DNA from: a virus
Strand: one strand, 5' to 3'
DNA: 37,255 nt
Virus record (IMG/VR): IMGVR_UViG_3300006145_000053
Shown here: in pieces, positions 14,378 through 22,947 of the stretch
How positions within the stretch are numbered: the stretch's first letter is position 1
Layout: each line of letters starts with the position of its first letter
Translations under genes and position numbers: made by a program
The notes under the pieces: model-generated
Database searches by the model: none
What the model was told of the DNA's origin: nothing
What the model saw: only the letters and a program-made list of their open reading frames with translations

Positions 14378-14590
14378 ATGACAATAGTAGAAAAATCAAG
14401 TAATAGAAAGAAAGTAGCGATATTAGAATTGGTCAAAAATGGAGAATATTCAGTAGCTTATGCGTTAAATAGAGTAGAGGAACTACACGATAATAACAAA
14501 CTAACTGACACAGATTACGAAGAAGTTGCTACATACTTGGAGAACTTAATAAGTGAAGAAACAGAGGAAAAAATTGAAGAAGGAGAATAG
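14378..14590 (+). CDS. Small XkdX-like protein
   Basis: 70 aa, downstream of the fibre gene, with the segment LTDTDYEEVATYL. Confidence 0.4.
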   Translation: MTIVEKSSNRKKVAILELVKNGEYSVAYALNRVEELHDNNKLTDTDYEEVATYLENLISEETEEKIEEGE

Positions 14591-14592
14591 AT

Positions 14593-14811
14593 ATGGCAGA
14601 AACTATAATAATATCAGTAATAAGTTTTATAGGAACTTGTGTAGGAACAATTGGAGGAATATTAGCAAGTTCTAAATTAGTAAATTTTAGATTATCAGAA
14701 TTAGAAGAAAAAGTTAAAAAACATAATAATATAATAGAAAGAACTTATATTTTAGAAGGAAAAATGACAGAGGTAGAACATGATATCAGAGATTTAAAAA
14801 ATATACAATAA
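14593..14811 (+). CDS. Holin-like protein (N-terminal TM plus coiled coil, BhlA/XhlA-like)
   Basis: TM segment IIISVISFIGTCVGTIGGILA followed by a coiled coil. Lies immediately upstream of the lysin gene. Confidence 0.55.
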   Translation: MAETIIISVISFIGTCVGTIGGILASSKLVNFRLSELEEKVKKHNNIIERTYILEGKMTEVEHDIRDLKNIQ

Positions 14812-14832
14812 AAATTATATTAACAAAAAATA

Positions 14833-14880
14833 AAAACGTCTTAAAAACGATTGTAAAAGCTCGTTTAAAGACGTTTTATT
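14833..14880 (+). terminator. Rho-independent terminator
   Basis: AAAACGTCTT...AAGACGTTTT stem followed by a T-run. Confidence 0.65.
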
Positions 14881-14909
14881 AATTTTATAGAAAGAAAAGA
14901 GGAAAAGTT

Positions 14910-16043
14910 ATGAAAAAGAAAATATTAATAGCAAGTGCATTTATATTATCGATTGCAATGTGTTTTTGTACAATATTTATAAATGATGAAAAAGTAAAAG
15001 AAAGTATTTCAGAAACTCAAAATATTATATACAACGAAATAGAGAAACAAGATGTAGTAGTAAGTGATGAAACAAAAAATACAGCAGAAAATACAATAGA
15101 AGCAGTAAAGAAAGATGAACAATTAGATACAACAAAAACTATAACAAATGTAGAAGAAAAAGAACTAGAAACTGATGCAGTAGTAGAGCAAGAAAATATT
15201 AGCTACAACGGAGATATAAAAAGCGACGGAATAAAGTTACTAGGAGCATATCAGGGTTTAACATATTATTCTCAAGCCGACAAAAGATGGGCTAATCAAT
15301 TATATACATCAAGCAATAATAAAAGTCAGACAATGAAATCATCAGCTTGTGGACCAACATCGGCAGCAATGGTTGTAACAGCCTCAAAGGGTACAATACT
15401 ACCAACAACAATGGCTAAATTATATGTTGATAATGGATATAGAACAAAGTCAAATGGAACGGCTTGGAGTGCATTTTCATTTACAGCTGATTATTTTGGA
15501 TTTAAAGAGTATCATACTACTTCAAGCTATAATACAGCTATGAAATATTTAGATAATGGATACTATGTAATTTCAGCGTGTGGAAATGGTCTTTTCACAA
15601 CATCAGGACATTATATATTCTTGACTTCATCTGATAAAAACAATATTAAAGTATATGACCCTTATCTGTACAATAATAAATTTAATACAGCATCAAGAAA
15701 AAAAGCAAATGTTAAAGTAAACAAAAATACAGTAACAGTAAGTAAAACTAATTTCAAAAAGTATGCAAATGTAAAACAATATTTTATTTTTAGTAATGAT
15801 AAAGGCTCTGGAAATACGAAAAAAATCGTAAAGAAAACTGTTACAAAAAGCACAGTAGGAAAGAAAAAGACATTAAAAAGTAATTGTATATTATATTCTA
15901 AAAAGAATTTAAAAGGAAAGAAATATACATATAAGAAAAATACTAAAGTTAAAATATTAAAGAATATAAATAAGAATGTAGACTATGTACAAGTAATTGC
16001 AACTAAGAGAAAGGCATATATTAACAATAAAAATTATAAGTAA
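14910..16043 (+). CDS. Endolysin: signal-anchor, C39-like cysteine peptidase domain, C-terminal SH3-like domain
   Basis: N-terminal MKKKILIASAFILSIAMCF. The motifs SACGPTSAAMVV and SGHYIFL match the papain-fold C39-like pattern. The C-terminus is lysine-rich and SH3_3-like. Confidence 0.7.
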   Translation: MKKKILIASAFILSIAMCFCTIFINDEKVKESISETQNIIYNEIEKQDVVVSDETKNTAENTIEAVKKDEQLDTTKTITNVEEKELETDAVVEQENISYNGDIKSDGIKLLGAYQGLTYYSQADKRWANQLYTSSNNKSQTMKSSACGPTSAAMVVTASKGTILPTTMAKLYVDNGYRTKSNGTAWSAFSFTADYFGFKEYHTTSSYNTAMKYLDNGYYVISACGNGLFTTSGHYIFLTSSDKNNIKVYDPYLYNNKFNTASRKKANVKVNKNTVTVSKTNFKKYANVKQYFIFSNDKGSGNTKKIVKKTVTKSTVGKKKTLKSNCILYSKKNLKGKKYTYKKNTKVKILKNINKNVDYVQVIATKRKAYINNKNYK

Positions 16044-16101
16044 TTTGAAATAAAGAATTTTATATGTTATTATTGAAACATAAAATAAAAGAGGAGAAAG
16101 T

Positions 16102-16248
16102 ATGGAAAGAGTAGTAAACGAATTAATAAAAGAACTATTATCATATACGATAATTAAATTATTTTTCATATTAGGTATAATAGCAATAGTTATATATATA
16201 ATTTCAATAATAATTAAATTAATAAAAAATAAAGCTAGAGTAGATTAA
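16102..16248 (+). CDS. Small membrane protein (48 aa)
   Basis: RBS GAGGAG lies 5-6 nt upstream. The sequence is MERVVNELIKELLSYTIIKLFFILGIIAIVIYIISIIIKLIKNKARVD. It is below the length cutoff of the ORF track. Confidence 0.5.
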   Translation: MERVVNELIKELLSYTIIKLFFILGIIAIVIYIISIIIKLIKNKARVD

Positions 16249-16266
16249 ATTCTATTCTAGCTTTTA
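16231..16266. terminator. Bidirectional terminator between convergent genes
   Basis: AGCTAGAGTAGA-ttaaat-TCTATTCTAGCT, flanked by A-run and T-run. Confidence 0.6.
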
Positions 16267-16703
16267 TCATATTTATCTAAAATCGGTTTAAAGTATTTTT
16301 CTTCGGCTTCTTTTCGAGCCTTTATAGCGTCTTCTAAAATATCAAAATATCCAACATGAAATGACTTTTTATTAACTTGTATTCTAACTCTATATCTTCC
16401 ATTAATAATAGAAATACCTCTATAACCAGTCGAATTACTTTTTATAGTTTTACTAGAATTAATTTTAAGTAAAGTGTTATATTGCTCTCTTCTTGAACTT
16501 TCATTTAAAAATCCTTGTTTACAACCGCAAGTTTTAACATTACCATTTAAGACTTGCGTAAATACAATTTCTTTAATGTTTCCACAATCACACTTAAATA
16601 AAGCTAATTTAGAATTGCGCTTATCAATTTTGCGTAAATTTTTTATTAAAGTTAAATGATAGAATTTTTTTTCAATATAATCATCTATATTATATCCTCT
16701 CAT
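16257..16703 (-). CDS. Zinc-finger plus AP2-like DNA-binding protein (homing-endonuclease-associated type)
   Basis: Contains CDCGN...CGCK and then GYRGISIINGRYRVRIQVNKKSFHVGYFDILEDAIKARKEAE. The start is taken at MRGYNIDDY. Confidence 0.55.
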   Translation of the reverse strand: MRGYNIDDYIEKKFYHLTLIKNLRKIDKRNSKLALFKCDCGNIKEIVFTQVLNGNVKTCGCKQGFLNESSRREQYNTLLKINSSKTIKSNSTGYRGISIINGRYRVRIQVNKKSFHVGYFDILEDAIKARKEAEEKYFKPILDKYDKS

Positions 16704-16704
16704 A

Positions 16705-16881
16705 TTAATTCTTCTTTCTAATAATAATTTCTTTTTTATTTTCATCATAAATCAGTATAATTTGTTTATTGTTTTCATCTATACCCATTTTTTTAAGAAT
16801 AGATGACGGAAGAGTAATCCTTTTAGTTATACTTCCACTCCCAGCTTTATTAAAAGAAATGTTTAGTATACGTTCTTCCAT
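16705..16881 (-). CDS. AbrB/MazE-like (SpoVT-AbrB fold) small DNA-binding protein
   Basis: MEERILNISFNKAGSGSITKRITLPSSILKKMGID. RBS AGAGGTG is present. Confidence 0.55.
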   Translation of the reverse strand: MEERILNISFNKAGSGSITKRITLPSSILKKMGIDENNKQIILIYDENKKEIIIRKKN

Positions 16882-16892
16882 AAAATTCACCT

Positions 16893-17336
16893 CTATTTTA
16901 TTAATTTTAATACTTCTTCTAATTTATTCTTAATATCTTCATCATCGATAATATTCATAAAATCTTTTGTTTTACCAGTATAAAGAATATTTGTACATTT
17001 AGCAACAACTTCACCATCATGTCCAAAACCTTTGTCTATTCCTTCAAATATGTTAATTTCTTCATAATCATTAATTGGATGAGTTTTTATATAATTGATA
17101 AATTCCTCAATTCCGTCTTCTGTTAATTCAAAACAAGAACAACCATCTAATATATATCCTAATTCTTGAGCATATTCATAAATTCTATCATCTAATTCTT
17201 GTCCTTCTAATTCTGAATATTCTTCTTGAAAATTTTCTGAAAATTTATCTAAACAAATATCGTACCAACCTGCAAATCCACTTGTATGTTTAGCTCCTTT
17301 AAAACCATCTTTATTATCAAATCTAAAATATAACAT
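16893..17336 (-). CDS. Acidic hypothetical protein (147 aa), first gene of the cargo operon
   Basis: Intact ORF with an RBS, highly D/E-rich, no family recognised. Confidence 0.5.
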   Translation of the reverse strand: MLYFRFDNKDGFKGAKHTSGFAGWYDICLDKFSENFQEEYSELEGQELDDRIYEYAQELGYILDGCSCFELTEDGIEEFINYIKTHPINDYEEINIFEGIDKGFGHDGEVVAKCTNILYTGKTKDFMNIIDDEDIKNKLEEVLKLIK

Positions 17337-17368
17337 TTTTAATTCCTTCTTTCTCTTAACTTAAATAT

Positions 17369-17397
17369 ATTATAAATGACGTGACGTCAAAAGTCAA
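17369..17397 (-). promoter_or_regulatory. Near-consensus promoter of the cargo operon with an operator-like palindrome in the spacer
   Basis: The minus strand reads TTGACT, 17-nt spacer (tttGACGTCACGTCAtt), TATAAT. TGACGTCA is palindromic. Confidence 0.6.
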
Positions 17398-17507
17398 TAC
17401 TTTTCTAAAATATTTTTCAAAAACTTTTAAATTCTTACAGTATCAACGACCCTATAAGCTAATTTTAATATATGAATAAAAAAAATTAAATATCACAAAC
17501 TATTAAT

Positions 17508-17705
17508 ATGATAGTTTTTCATATAAAAGAGATTAGAATTAAAAAGAAATTAAGTTTAAGAAAATTAGCCGAATTAAGTGGAGTATCTAAAAGTTATTTG
17601 AGCGAATTAGAAAATAACTTAAAATGTCCAACTATTCTAACACTTTGTAAAATAGCTGATGCTTTAGATGTTAAAGTTGAAGATTTATATACTTATAAAA
17701 AATAA
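17508..17705 (+). CDS. XRE-family HTH regulator
   Basis: KKKLSLRKLAELSGVSKSYLSELENNLKCPTILTLCKIADAL. Divergent from the cargo operon. No clear SD sequence. Confidence 0.75.
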   Translation: MIVFHIKEIRIKKKLSLRKLAELSGVSKSYLSELENNLKCPTILTLCKIADALDVKVEDLYTYKK

Positions 17706-17713
17706 AAAAAATT

Positions 17714-17747
17714 TAGCGATTTTTTATCTATGAAAGTCGCTATTTTT
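17714..17747 (+). terminator. Rho-independent terminator
   Basis: TAGCGATTTT-9 nt-AAAGTCGCTA followed by TTTTT. Confidence 0.55.
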
Positions 17748-17872
17748 ACGTCTTTTTTAAAAAACATAGTATCCGATAATGTCCTTCTTAGCGAACTGCC
17801 GTAACTTTTTCGCGAGTTAGGAAATATATATTATATAAGGAAAAAATAAAATGTATGCGAGGAGATGTAAAA

Positions 17873-18025
17873 ATGAACAAACAAATAAACGAAGAAATAA
17901 TTGAAACAATTAAAAATGAATTAAATTTAAAAGAAAGAATATTATTAAAGATTTTTCCTAAAACATTTATAAAAGTATATAATATTTCAAGAGTTAACTG
18001 TTTTAACAGCATATATAGAAATTAA
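17873..18025 (+). CDS. Small hypothetical protein (about 50 aa)
   Basis: RBS GAGGAG lies 6 nt upstream of the ATG. MNKQINEEIIETIKNELNLKERILLKIF... Confidence 0.3.
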   Translation: MNKQINEEIIETIKNELNLKERILLKIFPKTFIKVYNISRVNCFNSIYRN

Positions 18026-18032
18026 TGCAATA

Positions 18033-18045
18033 AGTAATGCAGTAG
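18033..18045 (+). repeat. AGTAATGCAGTAG repeat (candidate integrase arm-type site)
   Basis: The same 13-mer recurs at 18259..18271 and as a 12-mer at 18271..18282. A partial TAATGCA copy lies at 18023..18029. Confidence 0.45.
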
Positions 18046-18197
18046 AAGAAATTTTATACATATAAGCAAAATGTATATAAAGTGAAAATCTAATAAAATC
18101 AATAAATAAAATATATTGATGTATATTTAAAAATATATAAAAGTGTTTAATTTAGACTATTCAAGACAGAACCCGGCTTATAGACTTACTTAAAAAA

Positions 18198-18245
18198 AGC
18201 TAGAAAATAAAGGTTTTCGCCCATTTTCTAGCTTTTATTTTTTTA
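18198..18245 (+). terminator. Rho-independent terminator
   Basis: AGCTAGAAAAT-14 nt-ATTTTCTAGCT followed by a T-run and preceded by an A-run. Confidence 0.65.
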
Positions 18246-18258
18246 TAAAATATATAAA

Positions 18259-18282
18259 AGTAATGCAGTAGTAATGCAGTAG
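18259..18282 (+). repeat. Tandem (A)GTAATGCAGTAG x2 abutting the integrase stop codon
   Basis: Two overlapping copies with an 11-12 nt period, 3 nt from the int stop. Confidence 0.5.
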
Positions 18283-18285
18283 CTA

Positions 18286-19467
18286 TTAATTTATTTTTTT
18301 TAATTCTTTAATTATAAAGTTATTAGAAACAGAAGTATATACATCTGATGTTATAGTACTTCCTTTAACGTGTCCTACTAAATTTTGAATAACATTTTGA
18401 TTTATTCCATTTTCAACACATCTAGTAATAAATGTATGTCTTAATCTATGCGAATGTAAAGATGTAACTGTAATTTTATATTTATTGTTTAATCTTCTTA
18501 AATAATTATTAATTTCACTTGGAGTAATATAATTTTGACCTATATAATCCCAAAATAACAAACCATAAATATTACTTGTTTTAGATTTAGAACTTGATAT
18601 TTCTTTTATTATTGATAAGACTTTTTTTGTCATCGGAAAAGTTCTTTTTCCAGTGTCAATACCAGTTATTTTTTTAAAAGTTTTTGTGTGTTCTCCCATT
18701 ATTACATTGTATTTATCATCTTGCGTAAGAGTACGATATACAGTAATTGTATTATTTTTAAAATCAATACAATCATTGCTTAAAGCAAGACATTCTCCAA
18801 TTCTCATACCAGTATATAATTGAAGAAGTAGAATATTTCTAAATTTATGTTCTTTTTCTTCATTATTTAAAATACTAACGAATTTAGTTTCCTCATCTAA
18901 TGATAATGCTTCAACCTTTTTTTCTGGTCGTTCTGAAATTGGTTTTTTTAAAGTTTCATCTAACATTATATTATATGATATTTTTCTTCTAGCAGTAGCA
19001 ATTTGAAATGTTTTAATAATATATGACCAAATTCTACTTATAACAGCATTAGAATATTTTCTAATATTTTTTTTACTACTTTCAATATCTTTAATGCTTA
19101 TTTTTTGAATAGGTTTATTTATAAAATTTTCACAAGTTTTTTTTATTTCATTAATAGTTGCTAATTCTCTACAATATGACCTATCTGAAGTAATACCATC
19201 AATATGTTTTTGCTCAATATGTGTTTCTAATATAGATATAAAAGTATCATTGTTTTTTTCTATATAAGTACCGCTGTTTAAGCTATTCTTGACTTCTGTA
19301 ACTCTAGCTTTAAAATCTTTTGTACTTTCATTTTTTCTTTGTTTCATTGTTTGCCTTTTTCCAGAAGTATCGTAATATTGAAATATCCAACAATTTAATG
19401 TTTCACTTTTATATAATGTTCCCTCACCATTTCCAACTTGTTTAGTTTTCTTATTTTTTCTTTCCAT
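18286..19467 (-). CDS. int: Tyrosine integrase
   Basis: The motifs LYTGMRIGE, HRLRHTFITR and GHVKGSTITSDVYT carry the R...HxxR...Y catalytic signature. Confidence 0.9.
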   Translation of the reverse strand: MERKNKKTKQVGNGEGTLYKSETLNCWIFQYYDTSGKRQTMKQRKNESTKDFKARVTEVKNSLNSGTYIEKNNDTFISILETHIEQKHIDGITSDRSYCRELATINEIKKTCENFINKPIQKISIKDIESSKKNIRKYSNAVISRIWSYIIKTFQIATARRKISYNIMLDETLKKPISERPEKKVEALSLDEETKFVSILNNEEKEHKFRNILLLQLYTGMRIGECLALSNDCIDFKNNTITVYRTLTQDDKYNVIMGEHTKTFKKITGIDTGKRTFPMTKKVLSIIKEISSSKSKTSNIYGLLFWDYIGQNYITPSEINNYLRRLNNKYKITVTSLHSHRLRHTFITRCVENGINQNVIQNLVGHVKGSTITSDVYTSVSNNFIIKELKKIN

Positions 19468-19570
19468 AAAAAAATACCTCCATTTTTAATAATTTTATTT
19501 TTACTATTGAAAATAGAAGTATATTTATATTATAATATAAATATAATCTCTTTCGATAGTGATTATGTGT

Positions 19571-19618
19571 GAGAAATATGTACTGTGTCGCAAACTAGTA
19601 AACATATTTCTCTTTTTT
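19571..19618 (+). terminator. Hairpin with T-run between int and the repressor gene
   Basis: GAGAAATATGT-20 nt-ACATATTTCTC followed by TTTTTT. The T-run is present only on the plus strand. Confidence 0.45.
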
Positions 19619-19628
19619 ATTTATTGTA

Positions 19629-20294
19629 TTAAAATTCTCTTTTTAATTGTCTCACAACTCCAATAATAGTTACAGGAATTGTTTTCATTTCGTCATAAGT
19701 AAATATTAGTGGCTCGTAAGAAAGATTAAAAGGCTGCAATAAAATACTGTTTTCATTTTTTTTACCTTTTTTTATTGTAGCTTCATCACCATTAATAATT
19801 GCAACTACTATATCACCTGTTTCAAAGTCATTTTGTTTTTTTACTATAACGATATCATCTTCAATTAAAACAGGGGACATACTATCACCATGAACTTTTA
19901 AAGCAATAAAGTCTTTTCCATCTCCAACAAGAGATGTTTCAACTTCAATAGTTCCTTGCCAATTTTCCTGAGCAAGATAATCATAACCTGCTTTTACTGT
20001 TCCTAAAATTGGAATAGCAACAACAGGATTACCAAACTTATCTGTTTTTATTTGTTTTTCATATTCTATTAAATCTGCATATCCTGCTTTAACATATAAA
20101 TCTAAATAATCAACATTATATACTGGAGCAAGTTTTTTTAATACAACAGCACTAGCACGTCTATGACCGTTTTCTACAAGAGACAAGTAACTATTAGAAA
20201 CTTTAGATAATTCATATACTTCTCTTGTAGATAATCCTTTAGCCTCTCTTAATTTCTTTAGATAAGCTCCCATTTCCTTAAGAGACATTTCCAT
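19629..20294 (-). CDS. CI-like repressor (XRE HTH plus S24 LexA-type autopeptidase)
   Basis: N-terminal HTH, then AIPILGTVKAGY, GDSMSP and a downstream IKKGK lysine. Confidence 0.9.
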   Translation of the reverse strand: MEMSLKEMGAYLKKLREAKGLSTREVYELSKVSNSYLSLVENGHRRASAVVLKKLAPVYNVDYLDLYVKAGYADLIEYEKQIKTDKFGNPVVAIPILGTVKAGYDYLAQENWQGTIEVETSLVGDGKDFIALKVHGDSMSPVLIEDDIVIVKKQNDFETGDIVVAIINGDEATIKKGKKNENSILLQPFNLSYEPLIFTYDEMKTIPVTIIGVVRQLKREF

Positions 20295-20376
20295 AAGTTT
20301 TCCTCCATTTCATAAATATATTATAATATGTTTGATTACAAATGTAAAGTTTTTTTAAAAAGTTTTTTAAAAAGTG

Positions 20377-20404
20377 TTGACAAATGAAATCTATATGATA
20401 AAAT
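20377..20404 (+). promoter_or_regulatory. Early rightward promoter (Cro side)
   Basis: TTGACA, 16-nt spacer with TGn, TAAAAT. Preceded by two AAAGTTTTTTAAAA palindromic repeats that look like operators. Confidence 0.55.
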
Positions 20405-20437
20405 GCTTTCAAATGAAAACAGAAAGGAGAAATAAAA

Positions 20438-20680
20438 GTGGCAAATAGAATAATTATATTAAGAGATGCAGATATGTTTAGGGATATTATTACAAAGACT
20501 GGATTTTCTTACAGAAAACTAGCAAAGGAAGTTGGTTGTTCTCAAACACAAATAAGTTTAATTGTAAATGGAGAAAGAAATCCAAGTGCAGAAACAGCAG
20601 TAAATATATGTAGAATATTAAACAGACAGTTTGACGATATTTTTTATATCAAAAGTGATTTCAAAAGAAATCAAATATAA
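20438..20680 (+). CDS. Cro-like XRE HTH protein (GTG start)
   Basis: YRKLAKEVGCSQTQISLIVNGERNPS. Divergent from the CI-like gene. RBS AAAGGAG is present. Confidence 0.75.
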   Translation: MANRIIILRDADMFRDIITKTGFSYRKLAKEVGCSQTQISLIVNGERNPSAETAVNICRILNRQFDDIFYIKSDFKRNQI

Positions 20681-20715
20681 TTGCGGCACAGTACAAAAAG
20701 AAAGAAGGTGAGAAA

Positions 20716-21000
20716 ATGGAAGAATTAAAAGAAATAATATCAACAGCAGTAGAGCAGGGTGTTAAAAATGCACTGGCAAATATGAATATAGGAAATGCAA
20801 CAATAAACGGAAAAGACCCAAACGAATTGCTAACAGTAGAACAAGTACATGAAGAATTTAATATAGGTGTAAATAAAGTAAGAGAAATGTTTAAAGACCC
20901 CGAATTAGGAGCTCAGAAATATACAAGACCATTTAAAGTACTAAGAAAATCAGTAAACAATTATATAAGTGTAAATCGTGATTATTTAAAAGAAAATTAA
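20716..21000 (+). CDS. Excisionase-family/MerR-like HTH protein (tentative)
   Basis: LLTVEQVHEEFNIGVNKVREMFKD. Confidence 0.35.
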   Translation: MEELKEIISTAVEQGVKNALANMNIGNATINGKDPNELLTVEQVHEEFNIGVNKVREMFKDPELGAQKYTRPFKVLRKSVNNYISVNRDYLKEN

Positions 21001-21014
21001 AGGAGGTGAGATAA

Positions 21015-21278
21015 ATGGAAGAAGAAATAATAAAAAACACTGTTACATTAACATTAGAAGATTATATGGCATTATATGAAAAATCAAAACTATCAAATAA
21101 AGTGACAGAAACTATCGTAAATATAGTGTTAAACTCTTGTGAATTAAACAGTAAAAAAGATGGATTAAATTTAGACTCATACGATTTAAGAAGTAATAAA
21201 ATCTTAAGTGTAATTAAAGAATATTTTTCAGAAGATTACGAAAAAACAATAAAAGAATTAAAAGAAATGGAGGACTAA
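21015..21278 (+). CDS. Hypothetical protein
   Basis: Intact ORF with RBS GGAGGTG. Confidence 0.5.
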   Translation: MEEEIIKNTVTLTLEDYMALYEKSKLSNKVTETIVNIVLNSCELNSKKDGLNLDSYDLRSNKILSVIKEYFSEDYEKTIKELKEMED

Positions 21279-21282
21279 AATA

Positions 21283-21510
21283 ATGAAACTTATACAAATG
21301 ATAATAGTAACGTCTACATATTTAATATCAGCAATAGCAATTATGATATTTATACAAGGATTTGTATATCAAGCAAGTGGAAAAAGAGTAAGCATTTGGA
21401 ATTACTTAGTAAGCTTATTTCATGAATTATTATATGAAACAGTAGAAAGTACAAACAACAAAAGAAAATTAAAATATACAAAATGTGAAATATATAGAAA
21501 GGTAGGATAA
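21283..21510 (+). CDS. Hypothetical membrane protein
   Basis: TM segment IIVTSTYLISAIAIMIFIQGFVY. Confidence 0.45.
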   Translation: MKLIQMIIVTSTYLISAIAIMIFIQGFVYQASGKRVSIWNYLVSLFHELLYETVESTNNKRKLKYTKCEIYRKVG

Positions 21511-21514
21511 GAAA

Positions 21515-21841
21515 ATGTTTTTTAATAAAAATTTTAGAAAAATAAAAAAAGCAATTAAAGAACTAGATAAAGACATAAAAAGATTAGAAGAAACAATAAC
21601 AGAAAATTCTAGCAAAAATCATTATTACTTAGAATTGCTAGAAGAATTAAGTAAAAAATTGAAAGAAGAACAAAGACTAAAAGAAGAAGCATTATATTTA
21701 AATATGATATATGACAAATTTATACAACGTATAAATAAAGCAAAAGACGGAAAAGAAATAGAAAAGATATTAGCAGATTTACGAGTTCGACTAATATCTT
21801 TAAATAATAAACAAATACATACGTACTTTCCCCAATTATAA
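21515..21841 (+). CDS. Hypothetical coiled-coil protein
   Basis: Intact ORF. Confidence 0.45.
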   Translation: MFFNKNFRKIKKAIKELDKDIKRLEETITENSSKNHYYLELLEELSKKLKEEQRLKEEALYLNMIYDKFIQRINKAKDGKEIEKILADLRVRLISLNNKQIHTYFPQL

Positions 21842-21877
21842 CAGAAATTGTGGAAAAGTGCAAGAAAGGAAAATAAG

Positions 21878-22366
21878 ATGAGTAATTTATATAATTTAAA
21901 AGAAAATTGGAAACAAGTATCAAATATGCTTTATGAAGAAGAAATAGACGAGCAATGTATTTTAGATACTATAGAAAGTATAGAAGAGGAAATTGAAAAT
22001 AAAGCTGATAGCTATGCAATTATAATTAAGGAATTGTTATCAGATGCAGAAGCATGTAAGCAAGAAAAATTAAGATTAGAGGCAAGACAGAAATCTTTTG
22101 AAAGTAGAGCAAAACTATTAAAAACTAGATTAGAAGAAGTAATGAAAGAAACAGGAAAAACAGATTTTAAAACAAGTTTATTTAATTTTAAAATTCAAAA
22201 AAATGGTGGACTAGCTCCTTTATGGACTACAGAAGATTTAAGATTAATACCTTGGGACTTTTTAAAGAAAGAACCAGACAACAACAAAATTAGAGAATTA
22301 TTACAGACTCAAGAAGTTAGTTGGGCTAAATTAGAAGAACGAGGGGAAAGTTTGAGAATAAGATAA
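21878..22366 (+). CDS. Siphovirus Gp157-family protein
   Basis: MSNLYNLKENWKQV...LDTIESIEEEIENKADSYAIIIKEL...ESLRIR matches the Gp157 pattern. Confidence 0.7.
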   Translation: MSNLYNLKENWKQVSNMLYEEEIDEQCILDTIESIEEEIENKADSYAIIIKELLSDAEACKQEKLRLEARQKSFESRAKLLKTRLEEVMKETGKTDFKTSLFNFKIQKNGGLAPLWTTEDLRLIPWDFLKKEPDNNKIRELLQTQEVSWAKLEERGESLRIR

Positions 22367-22941
22367 TGAATGAAATATGGAAAGATATTAAAGGCTATGA
22401 AGGATTATATCAAGTTAGTAATTTAGGAAGAGTAAAAAGTTTATCTATGTACAATAACAGATATAAAAAATATTGTTATAGAGAAAGAATTTTAAAACCT
22501 GCACCGAATAATCTTAAACATTATAATGTTATTTTATCTAAAAACAAAAATAAAAAGCATTTATATGTACATAGGTTAGTGGCACAAGCATTTATACCTA
22601 ACCCTAATAATTTACCAATGGTTAATCATAAAGATGAAAATCCAAGTAATAATAAGGTAGATAATTTAGAATGGTGTGATGTTCAATACAATAACACATA
22701 TGGGACTTTTATACAAAGAAGAGTGAAAAATACAGATTATAGTAAATTAAAAAATTATGAAAAATGTCAAAAAGAAGTTGTTCAAAAGAATTTAAATAAT
22801 AAGGTTATAGGTATTTATAAAAGTTTAACTGAAGCATCAAAGTTAACAGGAAGTCAAATAAGTAAAATTTCTTCTTGTTGCACTGGTAAAAGAAAAACGA
22901 CAAACGGATATAAATGGGAATTTAAAAAGAATGAGAGGTGA
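22366..22941 (+). CDS. NUMOD4/HNH_3 homing endonuclease
   Basis: WKDIKGYEGLYQVSNLGRVKS and HRLVAQAF...VNHKDENPSNNKVDNLEW. Confidence 0.8.
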   Translation: MNEIWKDIKGYEGLYQVSNLGRVKSLSMYNNRYKKYCYRERILKPAPNNLKHYNVILSKNKNKKHLYVHRLVAQAFIPNPNNLPMVNHKDENPSNNKVDNLEWCDVQYNNTYGTFIQRRVKNTDYSKLKNYEKCQKEVVQKNLNNKVIGIYKSLTEASKLTGSQISKISSCCTGKRKTTNGYKWEFKKNER

Positions 22942-22947
22942 TTTAGT

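Noticed and set aside
17788-18012. The minus-strand 74-aa ORF in the int-proximal spacer
   Set aside because: It has no RBS and a low-complexity composition. A plus-strand small ORF with an RBS (17873..18025) is slightly more plausible, though still weak.
18150-18200. A tRNA gene or tRNA fragment at attP, and tRNAs elsewhere in the intergenic regions
   Set aside because: I could not recognise a T-arm (GGTTCGA-type box), an acceptor stem or a cloverleaf by eye. In particular, no phage-encoded suppressor tRNA that could explain the CGG events is evident. A tRNAscan run would be needed to be certain.
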